DNA of 63,181 nucleotides, counting the filler, from Octopus bimaculoides (Eukaryota): the NCBI RefSeq assembly GCF_001194135.2. It is 4 parts of 4 records of this genome, joined end to end, with 100 filler letters (N's around TTAATTAATTAA, not from the genome) between each part and the next. Parts side by side here need not be neighbours in the genome. Positions count along the whole stretch, not along the records: positions 1 to 25,172 come from NC_068986.1; positions 25,273 to 44,992 come from NC_068983.1; 2 more parts are not named here. One strand, given 5' to 3'. Numbering within the stretch: position 1 is the stretch's first letter; each line of letters opens with the position of its first letter. Under the pieces are notes generated by a model. The model was not told the DNA's origin. It searched no databases and worked only from the letters and a program-made list of their open reading frames with translations. The position numbers were made by a program, and so were the translations under genes. This document shows, piece after piece, positions 23,745 through 38,799 of the stretch.

Positions 23745-25439
23745 TATGCATTCTTGTCTCGGAAGTTATAATGCCTCTCTACGAACTATTTTCTTGTCTC
23801 TACCTATAATATCATTATATTCAATTTTCTCAAAGCATTAACACTTGCAGTTGTATTATAGCAGCAAATACGAACGATTTATTCTGGTAAAAAGATGTCA
23901 GTACAATGCAATAATAGAGCTTTGAGAAGTTTAGCATCGATTAGCATAGCATCGACAGTCTATTCTTCCACGGCAGCTGCCACGGGTTTAAGAAAAATAT
24001 GTTAACAATTTCCAAGACATCGTTTCCACAATTTCAAAGCATCAATTATTCCACAATCTTCTTGTGTGCGTATACTTTCAATCTTTTGTTTATTTGCTGT
24101 CACTACCAGTTTGCTAACTCTCTTGCCAGCATTAAGGACCCTGGCATTAAAACTGCAGAAATGCTCAGATGTGGGGTTTATGCTTGGATGGATGGTTACA
24201 GATCCAAACAGCTGAGTTATTTCTATGGGGATAGTTACTACGACATTGCTTTTGTCGTTAATTGAAAATATTACAAATTCAGGACAGATTTTCACGGTAG
24301 TGGATTTATAGCCTTTTGCTATTAGATGGCATGATAATTAAACGCATGTCATACAATTCCCTTTGTTTATCAAGTGGAAGTGCGTAAATATAGTGTAGGA
24401 TTGTCCGTACGACACTGATATCTGTAGTATCACACAGACCTATCCAAGGTTATACCCTAAAATATTATAAATCTGGCTTCGATAGTACTTTGACTAAATT
24501 AAGACAATCTTCAGTAAGGGTTAACTGTCACTACCTAGTGACTGTCCTAACCGTGTATAGTTTCGATTCTGTTCTTAAATAAGACTCATCGTACAGTCAT
24601 CACTATTTAGCAGTTGTAGAGGACTTTGATACTACAAAGTCTAGTGAATAAAACTATAGCTGCACACGAAAATTATACCCGTCCGACTCGTCGTCGACCT
24701 TATCATCATCCCCATCGTTTTCTTCATATCAATTCCGTTCACAATTATCACTCCAAGCGTCTAAACGAACCTATTCCTACATATGACTTCCATGTATATA
24801 TTGAATTGGTAAGATATCATGGTTTGTGGAAACTTGGCGAAAGTTTACATATATAGCTACTCATGTACTAACGATGGATAGAGCGTAGTCCATAATTTTG
24901 TATCTCGTTCATTTGCTAGATAACTACTATATTAGATAGTTCTCTGCCGTTTCTGATAAAGGCGATTATCAGGTGATTCTTGATATGCGATGTAAACATG
25001 AGATTTTCGTAATAACCTCATTTGCTTCTTATGAATCCATAATTAATTCTATAAAAAACAAACAAACAACAAACACGCCCCAGACATGGGGTTAAACAAT
25101 CAGCAATAGGCAAATAAAAACAACAAATATAGTCATAAATTCTTTATTGTTCGAAGGTAAATAAGTAATGTANNNNNNNNNNNNNNNNNNNNNNNNNNNN
25201 NNNNNNNNNNNNNNNNTTAATTAATTAANNNNNNNNNNNNNNNNNNNNNNNNNNNNNNNNNNNNNNNNNNNNATATATATATATATATATATAAATTTAT
25301 ATATATATAAATTTGGAGTTTTATCCCTAATATTATTGTTTTATATATATATATCTGTGTGTGTGTCCTAACGTATGTTCTTTTATGCTTGTAGACGTAT
25401 GTTACACAAATAACATACCCAATAAATTAATTCGGGAAT

Positions 25440-25770
25440 GGTGTATGTAGAAAGTCGTTTGCTTCTGAAAACATTGTTCCATGTATAGTACCACTGCGTG
25501 GCACCTAGGGAAAGTATCTTATAATATAGTCTCGGCCCACGACAGGGAACTAAAAGAAGCCCTTTGTGTATGTGTGTGTGTGCTTGTGTGCAAGTGTATT
25601 TTGTCCACCGACGATTGACAGACGGCGTTGGTGCCTTTACGTCCCGTAACATAATTATTCATTAAATAAGATCGATACAATAAGTACCTGGCTTATAAAA
25701 TAACTGAGTATTAGGATCGGTTCATTGGACCAAGTATCGTCAAGGTGGTGCCCCTGCATGGCTCCAGTTT
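25440..25770 (+). mobile_element. Degenerate SINE family A copy
   Basis: CCACTGCGTGGCACCTAGGGAAAGTATCTT..AACTAAAAGAAGCCC..TTTACGTCCCGTAAC..GGTGGTGCCCCTGCATGGC, collinear with 49831-50243. Confidence 0.8.
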
Positions 25771-26914
25771 ACTTTCCCTCTAGGAGAGGGAGAGTAGACT
25801 GATCCAGATATAAAAATAGTACTTTCTATGATGATATCAGAAATTAAGAATTCTCCAAGAATTTGACATACAATTAAAGAAAACGACATTCTTTTTGTCC
25901 GGAGACATAAAAACATTCAGGAACAACTGTTTCCCTCTCAACAGCCGACATCGCAATGATAATTATCCTACGTTCTCTTCAATAGCCCAGAGACTATGAT
26001 ATATATATATATATATAAAGAAAGCGTAGGACACTATACTGCACTATTTAATAAATTAAGCAAACATGAAACAACCCAAATAATTCAGTGGCATATATAC
26101 AAAGCACATAATCAAGTGCTGGTATACAACATAATACACATATTTGACTAATTAACATTAATATCGCAAAAATCGTGCTGATGACTCCAATTGAGGCAAA
26201 AACACATGATGTGTTTTTCCCCCATACAGAAAGATGTAATGCCATTTCATGTTTGTTCTTGAAATATCTTCCTTTCTTGTTTGGGTGTGATGTCAGTTGA
26301 TATTTGAGTAATTGCGACTCATTCTCTAGAGACGAGGATTATATTAATAAGTCAAGATTTCATATTATATTTGATGTGATTGCACTGGTTTAATTTGTTC
26401 ATAGACACTTCATTAGACATTCGCTTTTATTAATTTTTGCATATTTATATATTGGTAATGTAATCCTTAGCATTATGCTTAATCCTTAACATTATACTTA
26501 ACTTTGATATATTTTGCGGTAAATTCAGTGGAAATAGGATTCAATTTAACGGTTTCCTTATATTTATACTCCTGGTGGTTATTACAAATCGGAAATGCAA
26601 CGAATCGAAACAATGCCGAGCAGAGAGTTTTTGTTGACGCCCTACCATTTAAACATCACACAATATCGATTTCGAGTGTATTAAACACACATAGGATGAA
26701 CAGTGTTACAGTATAACAGATCATTTCGGATTAATATTGTTTCCCTTTAGAACCTGTGCACGTTTAAAGGCAACAAATCTTTTCCATCTGTTCAATTTAT
26801 TTTTCTGAATAAGACATTCAATTTAAGGCTTTGTCACATTGTGCAAAATGCATTTATTTTAAAGTTTATTAGTGCATCATCTTTGCCATTTAGTTTGTAA
26901 TTTTAGAATCTGCC

Positions 26915-26996
<82 letters not shown>

Positions 26997-28396
26997 NNNN
27001 NNNNNNNNNNNNNNNNNNNNNNNNNNNNNNNNNNNNNNNNNNNNNNNNNNNNNNNNNNNNNNNNNNNNNNNNNNNNNNNNNNNNNNNNNNNNNNNNNNNN
27101 NNNNNNNNNNNNNNNNNNNNNNNNNNNNNNNNNNNNNNNNNNNNNNNNNNNNNNNNNNNNNNNNNNNNNNNNNNNNNNNNNNNNNNNNNNNNNNNNNNNN
27201 NNNNNNNNNNNNNNNNNNNNNNNNNNNNNNNNNNNNNNNNNNNNNNNNNNNNNNNNNNNNNNNNNNNNNNNNNNNNNNNNNNNNNNNNNNNNNNNNNNNN
27301 NNNNNNNNNNNNNNNNNNNNNNNNNNNNNNNNNNNNNNNNNNNNNNNNNNNNNNNNNNNNNNNNNNNNNNNNNNNNNNNNNNNNNNNNNNNNNNNNNNNN
27401 NNNNNNNNNNNNNNNNNNNNNNNNNNNNNNNNNNNNNNNNNNNNNNNNNNNNNNNNNNNNNNNNNNNNNNNNNNNNNNNNNNNNNNNNNNNNNNNNNNNN
27501 NNNNNNNNNNNNNNNNNNNNNNNNNNNNNNNNNNNNNNNNNNNNNNNNNNNNNNNNNNNNNNNNNNNNNNNNNNNNNNNNNNNNNNNNNNNNNNNNNNNN
27601 NNGACTTTTTTGATGAAATTCATGAGGTTGTGAGTATGTGGGTGTATGAGTGTTGATATTTTATGAAGTTCTAGTAAAAATTAAGCACATTCATACGATC
27701 AATTTGGAAAGCATTGTGGCATGACTTAAGGAAGGAATATTCAAAAACTCGAAACGCATTCAGTGAATAAGGATCACTATTTGTTTCCGGAAAAATAATT
27801 ATTTAGAAATATGATGCATATTGATTCGTTAATCTTTTATATGACGAGCAAACGATATTTCCCGCTATTAGGCACAAACCGTGAGGGGTGTATATGTTTC
27901 CAATACAGTCTGCATAAAACATACTTACCTAGATAATCAACTTTTTTTAGGACAAAATTAATTTTGTTGGTTCTTTAGTGTTAATGTATTTTTAGTTATT
28001 GTTTTATTGATAAAAATGTATGGCAAACCTATAGTTACGAAATAAAAGCTATTGGCAACTTTGTAAATAAGTAAAGATAGAAAATTTGCAAGTAGTCAGT
28101 AATGGTTAGAAAATATTTAGCAGTTGCAAGAAGTTTGCTTGCAGTAGCATTAGAAGGCCAAACGATTCGAGGCGAAAACATACTTGTATGCATGTGTGTA
28201 AATGTATGTTTGCTTAGAAGATGATTCAAGGGTGAGAGTGAACGAGTTTCTCGCGTGTGTGCGTGTGCCTGTATGTACATCCATGAGACTTCTTGTATGC
28301 GTGCTTGTGTTTGTGGATAGGTGGGCACTAGCTATCCGTGACCTCTTTAAGGGTTCAGCCGTTTGTCGTTTCAGGTCTTCGTCAGTTTCATGTTTC

Positions 28397-29233
28397 CTGA
28401 AGATTTATGGGTTTAGGGTGTAGATATTATATGGGATGGAAGAGGTGAAGCGGACGAACAAGGCATGTGTGCGTGTGAGCGTCTCTGTGCGCGAGTGTGG
28501 ACATCTATGTGCGCGGCGCAATTGTTGCATGTTTGTATGTTTGAGATTTTTGTTGGTGTCGTAATATCCTAATATCCATCTTACGTTTGTGAATGTTTTT
28601 CGATCACAGACAATTAATTTTACAAATCGTTTTATATATAGCAAATTTTGGTGGTAATCCAATGGCACATATTTTATCCGTACCCACGAGCGCTGCGCCA
28701 TCTACTCCGGGAGTGTATATGGCACATGTTTCTTTTTCTCCCTGTACCGGCGTTGAAATCGTCTGGCAGCCTACAATCCAATATACGTATGCCGTCGATG
28801 TTGTTTAGGTATCCGCTTTGTTTTTTTCCCATGCTCTTTTCGCTGTTATTGCGTCATTAACTTTAGCTTTTTGCTAAAGTGTTTGTTACAAGAATGGATT
28901 GCGTGTCGTCATTCTTGTTGGATGAGCTCTGGAAGTCTGGATCTTTCATTTCATGTTAACACTAACCCTAACCCTAACCCTTATTTCGTTTTTGGTGCTG
29001 ACTCATTTCCATGTGTATCTTATTCTTGATGTTCAGTAACATCATGCATGTTAGTTTTGCTTGAGACTGAACCGAGTTACATCGGAAAAACTGGAATAAA
29101 ATAAAAATTAAAAAAATAAACACTCAAACGTTCACACACACATACGAACACACACACTCACTTACGGAAACATTAACTACACGAACACGCACGCTAGACC
29201 ACACACTCGCGCAGGCACGGCGCGCGCATATAC

Positions 29234-29271
<38 letters not shown>

Positions 29272-29425
29272 GCACACACACACACACACACAACCACATA
29301 CACGCACACGCAGATGCTCAAACGCACGCTCACACAAATGTTCATGTACACACCTACGCTGTTTCCCCGTCCTTCTCCACATAAACCTACATAAAGAACT
29401 ACACTCTAAACCCATAAATCTTCAG
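28397..29425. mobile_element. Putative non-autonomous inverted-repeat-bounded element with internal (CCCTAA)n
   Basis: CTGAAGATTTATGGGTTTAGGGTGTAG (28397-28423) vs CTACACTCTAAACCCATAAATCTTCAG (29399-29425): 26/27 complementary, with weaker similarity beyond. CTAACCCTAACCCTAACCC at 28962-28980. Confidence 0.5.
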
Positions 29426-29496
29426 TATACATGGCAATGACCAAGAACAAAAAAGACACAACATCATTTCTAATGTTTCTAAATAAGATTTACGTT

Positions 29497-29645
29497 CTGA
29501 GTTCAAATCACGCTGAGGTCGACTTTACCTTTCATCATCTACGGATCAATAAAATGAGTACCTTTTAAGCACTGGTGTCGATGCAATCAACTTTACCCCT
29601 ACCACAAATTACTGGCCTGCTGCCAAAATTTGAACCCAATATTTC
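29497..29645 (+). mobile_element. SINE family B fragment
   Basis: GAGTTCAAATCACGCTGAGGTCGACTTTACCTTTCATC..AATAAAATGAGTACC..GCACTGGTGTCGATGCAATC, homologous to 5521-5678. Confidence 0.75.
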
Positions 29646-30915
29646 TATGTAAGATACTTTTGTTTACTTTCTGCGTTGATCCTTGAGGTAATATTGTGGC
29701 GGTCGGACGTTTTGTATTGTTATATTTCGGGATGGTCATTTATTTTTCTGCCAAATAAACACAAGCACAATATATATTCGATCTTCACACATTAATTATT
29801 GTTCTTCTTTTCATTGTCTGAAAAATGTTCATCTATTCTAATGGACTAAACAGAACAGGAGGATGCACGTTGATAGAAGAGTCGCTAAAACATCACAGAT
29901 ATGTGTCGAAAGATTTCCAAACAGTGGACTTAAGAACAATAATAAACGAGTGAAGAACGAAGTTATAGTGTGTGTGCTTATTTGGCAAGGTAAAAAATGA
30001 CTATCCCGAAATATATCACTTTACATTAGGAATCTTGCAAAGCAAATTCATAAACCTAAATCAAGTTATTGCATTCTTCTAGTAAGGCTATCACAAAAAA
30101 TATCTTACACTATTAACACCTCGTAATATTGTCTAATACACAAATAAACTCATACACATAAATGCATATATGTGTGTGTATGCGTGTATAGGAATGTATA
30201 TATGCATGCATGTATGTATATACGTAATAGTTTTACGCGTATGCTGTGGTATAGACTTTATTTATACTAATATGTACATGCAAATATGCATAACTATTGT
30301 TTTTCAATATCTATATGTTTCCCATCATTTTTTTCTGCCTGAAATATTCAATATGAAAACAGGAATACTATAATTCATTTGTATAACATGATGAGAAATG
30401 TTTAATGAATTCTAGATAGGTAGTGAAGTGAAATTACATATTTTCGAGGCTAAAATTCCTTAATAAATATTTCATGGTGAAAGTTTTACATTTTCAATTT
30501 ATTCTATTGACAAAAGTCAGTTTTCTTCACACTATACACTATTTATTTTCTGGTTACCTTGAAATCTAATTTTCTCTCCTTGGGATTAATTGAATGTTCG
30601 ACAGAGCACATAAATCTTATATAACTAAGATAACTTTGCTAGCCTTTTGAAGAATTTATATAGTTGCTACTATACTGACCAGAAACGAATTTACATGGTT
30701 ACTAGTCCACTCCAATATTTCCTGTGTAGACATCAAGTTCCATGTGCGTACATTAATCATTAATCTCACCGCATGGAATAGATTGAAAATATAATTATCT
30801 CCTTTATATTTTGATATTTTGTTTATTAGGATTCACTCCAAACAACACAAACATACACATACACAAACACACACATATATGTGCATGTGCATATACATAT
30901 ATATATATATATATT

Positions 30916-31074
30916 CGACGGGCTTCTAGCTGGTTCCGTCTACCAAATCCGCTCACAAGATTTTAGTCGGTACAGGGCTATAGATGAAGACACCGAAAGG
31001 GGCCACACAGTGAGACTGAACCTCGAACCATGTGGTTGGGAAGCAAGCTTCTTACCACACAGCCACGCCACGCC
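30916..31074 (-). mobile_element. SINE family A 5' half
   Basis: Reverse complement GGCGTGGCGTGGCTGTGTGGTAAGAAGCTTGCTTCCCAACCACATGGTTCGAGGTTCAGTC..GGATTTGGTAGACGGAA..GAAGCCCGTCG. Confidence 0.88.
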
Positions 31075-32764
31075 AGCGACCACGCTATGTAGTCAAGTGT
31101 ATTATTCAAACTTCCTAATACTATATGTGACATCACACCTCAATACGGAGACACTTCTACAACATTCACACAAATCACATTGTCTCTCACTCTTGCCAAA
31201 CGTAAACAAAAAGCGTATATACAGAAATATATGTAATAGAAGCACCCTCTTTAACTTCCACAAATAGAAGACTGTACACAAGTAAAACTACGGGTACAAG
31301 AAAATAACTCGCGCTCTGTGAAGTTCGCCCTATTTCTGTTTGGTTAACGCCATGATATCAAGGCCTTCAATAACTAACTGCACAGCAAATATAAATATCA
31401 TTACTACACGACATGGTCTGAAAAATTGCTCTTCACAGGAAGCAGCACGGTTGTCAGAACGACGGAAGCATGGTCTGCTTATAACAATGCAATAACGTCA
31501 CACGCAATCGTACTATCATTTATATGATATATAACTATTTGTCTTCGAACAACACACATAAATTTATGTCTCTTCAAATTTATGTCTCTTCAAAGTTTCT
31601 GAAAGCCTTAAAGATTACATTGTTCACACAAAATGACGTCTTAAACAGGCAAATAAACGTTATAAACAAGGATATCGCTTATGTCCATCAAATGAGAAGT
31701 CAGTAAACATTACGATAATTTGTACATGAGTGAGCTACTACGTAGTTGCTGGATCTGTAAGAAATAACAATTAAGCCATATTGTATCATCTTTAAATGTG
31801 GTGAAGAAAGCGTTTGATAATATAGCCACAGTAAGTGTAAAATTGATCATGTGTGCGTTTTTATCAAAATTTGAACTCGCGAAAAACATCAATAGAAATA
31901 ATATTGCTTGATGCGCTCTATCTCTTGTCGCAAATTCGGCAAGATCAACACTGATAAATTAAACACCATCAAAGCATTTGCCTCTATGAAGTCTGTCTAC
32001 CACTTATAGGTTGTATAGTATATTTTTGTTTGTTTGTTTGTTTTATAATCAGAATGGGCAATTTCAGTAGGAAGTATAGGAAAACTCTCGTTCAAGTCTT
32101 CGGAAACCTTGTGGTGTACCTGAGTATTGAATTATAGCTCCCACATTTCTCTCTCGGTGTATATGTGGTCTCTTTGAAACCATATCTTTTAAAGCAAATT
32201 ATGCGCTTATTGATGTAACTTTTCACATATCCTTAGTTCTAGGATTTACTCACATACAACCTAGACACAATTTATAAAATTCCGTCAATAAGTACGTAAA
32301 TATAAAATCTCGTTTTATAGACATAATACATTCAACAATCTTTTGAAGAGAAATATATCTGATCTTCCACTTTTGTTGAGAATCAGGTCATTAAATTGCT
32401 CGTTAGCGCTACCGACACAGGGTGTTGCATTATTCTATGATCATTCGAGGAATTTTGAAGAAGTTAACATAACTAAAGCTGCTTCTAAAATATAGCTTTC
32501 GTCTTCATCTTAGAAATTATTATATCTCTGATCAGTCGCTGTTTGTCTTCAACACTCGTATAAGCCTTTCAATGTACGTACAGTCACATATGAAAACGCC
32601 TTTGTATGCAGCAAAGGTCATCCGAGTGATCAACAAGAGTTGATAAATAAAACCTTCATCAACCTAAACAACGTCTCACTTTGACCATCCCCGAGTAGTA
32701 TCAGGCCCTTTCTGCCTGTCATCCCATGTGAAAAACAACCCCAATTATGTTATATAAATATCAG

Positions 32765-32787
32765 TCTCTCTCTCTCTCTCTCTCTCG

Positions 32788-32855
<68 letters not shown>

Positions 32856-33227
32856 AATACACACACACTCTCTCTCAAACACACAAACATACTCTGCTTC
32901 TTTCTCCCCCTCTTTCTCCCTCATCATCTCTCTCCGTTTCTCCCCTCTCGCTCTCTCTCTCACTCTCTCTCGCACACACGCTCTCTCTCTCACACACACA
33001 AACATACTCTCCTTCTTTCTCCCTCTTTCCCTACCCCTCTCTCTCCGTTTCTCCCCCTTTCTCTCTCTCACACGCACACACAAATACACAAACCCTCTCT
33101 CTCACACACACACGCACACACATACTCTCTCTTACACACACACACAAATACACACTCTCTCTCTCACACACACAAACACCATCTCCTTCTTTATCCCCCT
33201 CTCTCTCCCTCATCCTCTCTCTCCGTT

Positions 33228-33264
<37 letters not shown>

Positions 33265-33274
33265 NNNNNNNNNN

Positions 33275-33318
<44 letters not shown>
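32765..33318. repeat. Compound (CT)n/(CA)n low-complexity tract with ~3 higher-order units
   Basis: Recurrent ACAAACA..CTCC/GCTTCTTT..CTCTCTCCGTTTCTCC at ~32881, ~32997 and ~33171. Confidence 0.85.
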
Positions 33319-35339
33319 CAGACCGCCAAATCGCTGGTATTCACTGCAAATATCTTCAAAAACTTTAGATAGAGGCAGGTTCAAATGGAAAAGTAATCGC
33401 TGCAACTTCATCTTTCTCGTAGGTCATGGCCACTGTTGTGACAAAGGAGTAAACAGAAACTAGATATAGATTCTCAAGTTATTTTTTTATACTCTTAATA
33501 TTGGGTAGATATTAGAGATTTATCAAAGCGGAAAGATACGTGCATAAGTACAAAGAAATAGTTTCTGTGATACAAATAACTTCCCTTAACGTTTTAAGTT
33601 GCGAATGTTCTCTTAAAAATATAAATGGAACTGAACTAGAATGAGCATCAAAAGGCATAGCTATCGACAAAGGCTTCTAAATGACTGCATCAATTTATAA
33701 CATTGTGAAAAAGTAAATAACGAAAATTAATTTCCAGTAAACTCACAACTGATTTATGCTGGAATATAATAAAAAATATCATACGAGATAAAGTCTCCAT
33801 TGATAATGTCGAAATAAATCTCTATTTATAGAATATTACACATTGCTACATGGCTTCTGAATGCAAATGTTATTCGACTGAGCACGGTACGAATTCAAAA
33901 TGTAATAAATTACTCTATTATATTAGTATATGAAGTTTTAATAGGATTGCTCGATATTTAATTGTCCAATTCATAATAATAAATTAATGACTTGCATTTT
34001 TTATAGAATTTCAATTTCTATTAGTGATTATTAAAAAAAAAGGCATGTATGCTAGACAATTGTAGTTGAAAAAGGCTTCAACAACGTCGCTCCCATGAAA
34101 GAATTGAATATAACACCGGTAAATATCATGTATCTTTTAGCTTAATTGATATTGTGTGTAATAGCATTTCTGAACATATTTTCCTATTGTTCAATGTTAG
34201 TCATATTTGTTAAATATATAATGGACACAAGTTATTATATTCCACCAAGTCTACTTAACTAAAAATCATATCACATTCATTCATATTTCTTTTATAGCTC
34301 GCTTTCAATTGTTCTCAAAATATTTTCGCAATTTAAAACTAGGGGATTAGCGAAAAACTTCCCTTCCACACACATACATGTATAAGGAAATAAGTAAGTA
34401 TAAGTGTGTGAGTGTGTGTCTCTGTGTGTATGTGTGTATGTGTGTATGTGTGTGTTTTACGTGTTCGTTACTAATGTGTGATATTTAATACAAGTATATT
34501 CTGTTAATGACGAGTAGAGAAATGATATAAGGGTGGAATTTGTCCCACGTAAAACATACGGTCAACCATCGTGTATAAATGTCAGTCTGCGTATATTGAC
34601 ATTCATATACCGCAAAAATTGCAGACTTCTTGATATGAAGAGATACAACCAATGCTATATTACTTAGATACATTTATGCAAGCATCAATCTGTAAATGCC
34701 CGCACGTACACAAACAGGCATTCACACAATCACACACATATGGCTAGATCCATATATATGGATTGAATGATAATATGAGTCTACGGAAGGGTGAATGCTA
34801 CTTAAAAATATATTTAAGTAGGGGCCCTGCTTTGTTACATAATTATATCCTGCTAAATATACAATATATATGTTACTACACAACTCATTTATGATGTCTG
34901 ATTAAATGTACATAGAGAGTAGATTGAAATCCAAACACTATCAACTCAAACTAATTTTTATATTTTGTTTTTATTTTCCTAATTTATGAAGGTTGTACTA
35001 ATAATTAAGGTTTGTTGGTGCAAAACATGGAATTACACAGAATATGGGACTTACCTATATATGAGTAATGGACTATACATTTTCATAGGCATTTGAACTC
35101 TTTTTACTTTCAGTGTTGACCGCACTCTCCTGTTTTTTCTTATCCTTACCATCCTACTTCCGAAATTAAGATTTTGAAAGGTCACCTAGCCCTTGTGACA
35201 AAATGTGTTTATTTACAAATATGTTGTTAGGTATACAATGCCAAGGGAAAGAGGAGGAAGAGAAAAAAATGAAGTAAAAAAAAGAAAACTACTTTGTAAT
35301 AAAATTTCAATGGTCTGACACATCAAATTGAAAAGAAAA

Positions 35340-35379
<40 letters not shown>

Positions 35380-38300
35380 ATATATANNNNNNNNNNNNNN
35401 NNNNNNNNNNNNNNNNNNNNNNNNNNNNNNNNNNNNNNNNNNNNNNNNNNNNNNNNNNNNNNNNNNNNNNNNNNNNNNNNNNNNNNNNNNNNNNNNNNNN
35501 NNNNNNNNNNNNNNNNNNNNNNNNNNNNNNNNNNNNNNNNNNNNNNNNNNNNNNNNNNNNNNNNNNNNNNNNNNNNNNNNNNNNNNNNNNNNNNNNNNNN
35601 NNNNNTATATATATATGTCTATCTTTTCCCGATCCTTTACTTTACTTTTCTTCTTCTTTCTTGATTGCCCTGAAACCTTTCTCTTTGTCTATTTTCCCCC
35701 TCATTGCTTTTCTTTCTCTCTTCACCGCTTTTTCCAGAAACACAAAAGATATTATTTTCCTCTTCTGAACAAAGCAAAAAAATTTCCCAATCATATAAAT
35801 GAACAAAGAAATGTTCTGTTTTTACCATTTTGATTTTGTCTTGACGAGTTCGCTAAACGAACAAAAACACTAATAAAGAAGAACAAAATAGAATAAGTGG
35901 AGTAAGGAAACATACGAAGACGGAAAGTGTCCGAACATACGAAGACGGAAAGCGTCACATATGTATGACGAAAGATTTCCGGACAATGGACATGAGTTAG
36001 AATAAAAAGAGTAAAAAGCGAGTGAAGAACGAATATGTAATGCATATGTTTACTTGGGGTAAAAAATAAACATCGCGAAATAGAACAAATATGTGTGTGT
36101 GTGTTTGTGTGTGTGTGTAGTGTTCAAGTATATATGTATGTCTGCGTGCATGTTTTATAAGTTGCTGCTATGGTAACTGACAACTAACATATCTGTGATT
36201 GGTTCAATTGAAATAATATACAGAATCTCATCAGTGGCTACCACTAGAGGAAGCACTCACTTTCAATATATTCATTATTTACATATATATAAATATATGA
36301 ATAATTGGTAATTTAGGGATTTTAAAATTTATACCCTAACCAGTATCAGAGCTTTGCGATCATAACTTTGGTAATTAAGGTTTATGTGATTTCCGATAGC
36401 TACGATGGGAAAACAGCGAATTAAGTTTGATTAACCCACTACCTAACAAAGTAATTTTAGTCTTACATTATGTTTCCATACGTAAATTATTGCAGCATAG
36501 CCGTGATTGCGTCTATCGAAAAGCACAAATAACAGATTGTAAAATCCTAGAACTCACTATGTGAACAATTCGAATTGTTTGTGTTACACAAGCCAATGAC
36601 GAAAAAGAAGGAAGTCTTTATTTACAAAAAATAATAATATTGTAGTTGTGTTCCATTGTGCTAATTTATAGACATAGAGAAATGACACACCTAATGACTG
36701 CTGGTAGCAAACCTAAAGCAATGGTACTATAATGTTCATGTTTAAGAAATATTTTATCTTTTAAATAGGAGTTTTATTGCCCAGAAAGTTCTAACCATAT
36801 AAATATCAACGCCCAAACTTGTAGCATCGAATTTATATTATACATACATTTGTGGTGCTATGTACATACAGAGAGAGAGAGTAAAGGAGAAGGCAGACAG
36901 GCATACAGACAGACAGACAGACAGACAGACAGGCAGAGGGAGAGATAGTTAGAAAGAGAGGGAGAGTTGGAAAGAGACACAGGAGGAGATAGACGTAGAG
37001 AGAACTTAAAGTAAGCAAGTCTTTTCATCGTAGATGGTCCCTTGCTCATAAGCTGAGCTAGAAATGATTTATAGTTTGTGTGGAAAGGAGAAAAAGACCT
37101 CAAAACGATATGAAAGCACCTATCGTGATATAAAAAAAATGTGTAATAAACGAGAAGGTCCCTGTGCAAAGTTAAATAATATATGCTATTGAAACCAACA
37201 TACACAGAAATATAATTTACGGTGAAAAGAACGTTCGTGTGATATGTAAAATGCTTGAAACGAAAGAGAGCGAAATATCATGCATAAAAGGACACACAGA
37301 GTAATAGGAAATGCAGTAAAACACTCATGAAAAGAAGAGATCGGACACAAAAAATGTGGTATAGTGAATATATAACGGAACCCTAAAATATTCTATATAT
37401 ATGCTAATTCATTATAAAATGGCGACATTTTTTCCACGGAAACAACTGCTGCATATAAAAACTTAAATGAAATATGGAACGGATTATTTGGAACTTTTCA
37501 CCTCCGTGTTAGACGACAGTCAAAAATGAAAAAAAAAAAATAATAAATAACGACACGTTCAGAAGATTCTTTCTCCTTACCGCGTTAATAATCATTAATG
37601 GTTTATACAATTCAGCTGAATGCTGCAAGAGAATCTAATACTCACATGTGAAATTGAGTTGCTAATGCATGTCATAAATCTCTGTCACGGTCCAGCCTAT
37701 TCATAAAAGGTACATTTTTCAACCCACTACCGCCTCTATAGCAACCTCTAAACAAAGAAATACTTGGGTGCTGGTCAGCTTGAATGAAACATATCCTTCA
37801 CACACAGCTCTGCTGCTCACACCACCTTTCAATGTCCAAGCCACCAAGACCACTTACTAATTAATACGCTCTATCCTTACCAGCCAAATCATTAGTTTCT
37901 GAACTTTTCTCCGACAAAACCTCCCTCATAATACCTAACAATTAGACACATACCAACAAACCATCACCACAACAAACCATCCATTACCATAGCATTTCCA
38001 CTTTTACGCAGATCTATGAAACAGCCCATTCACACGCTCACACATACACATGCACAAACACCCAAACACACACGCACGCACAATCACATAAACACTCCTC
38101 CTCCATATATTTGCTTCCACACACAGCGATATCCTAATAATATGCTCGATGAGACGTACTGCTGCCTCACAACAAAAAATATAGTTTTGAAATGACTTAG
38201 CGTTTTGATGATCTCGTGTTTGCAATAAGACACTAATTCAAAGTTTCGATATTTAGCATTTGATTCCTAAATTCGAACATGTGAGAAGATTCATTGGCAC

Positions 38301-38799
38301 ATAGCTGGCAGGTGGGGGGGGGGGTATTTCAGTGGTTTGGTTTTGCGTGCAGCAATATTTTCCGACTAAGTACTTAATGGGAATTTTCTGTATTTTAGTC
38401 GTCATATAGATATTTTTGGGAGGTGTTCCTTTTCTTGTTTGGGTTGTGAAATATATGTGTGTGATGGCTGTTTTATATTGAGAACATTAGTCACTAACAC
38501 GAATGACCGATGTTGCTACTCTCACTTCAGCTCGTGTTAAGTAATTGATATTTGATAAATGAGGTAGTTTGGTACTGTTGTAGTCGGTCGGTTTCCTGCC
38601 ACAACATTAGCCTCTCTCAGGCGTCTTTAGAATATAATCAGATATACAATATGCATATTTCTGAACTCCTTTAACCAGATATTTAAATGATGAGGGTCGG
38701 GGGCCTTTGTGTACAAAGTTGTGGTGGTATCTGGTTCCGAATTTTATAGGAAGTTTCCAACTTTCTTGTATGAGTACAAACTGTGTCACTCTGTCGCAG

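Noticed and set aside
25173-25272. TTAATTAATTAA islands centred in N runs (also 45037-45048 and 60800-60811)
   Set aside because: At 25173-25272 the layout is 44 N + 12 nt + 44 N = 100 nt, and the 12-mer has stops in all six frames. This is an assembler gap spacer, not biology.
28962-28980. Telomere or chromosome-fusion relic
   Set aside because: Only about three CCCTAA units inside a putative repeat element; insufficient.
33320-33440. Possible minus-strand exon (MKLQRLLFHLNLPLSKVFEDICSEYQRFG) after a CAG acceptor-like site
   Set aside because: Short, no recognisable homology, no convincing donor, and it runs into a GA microsatellite.
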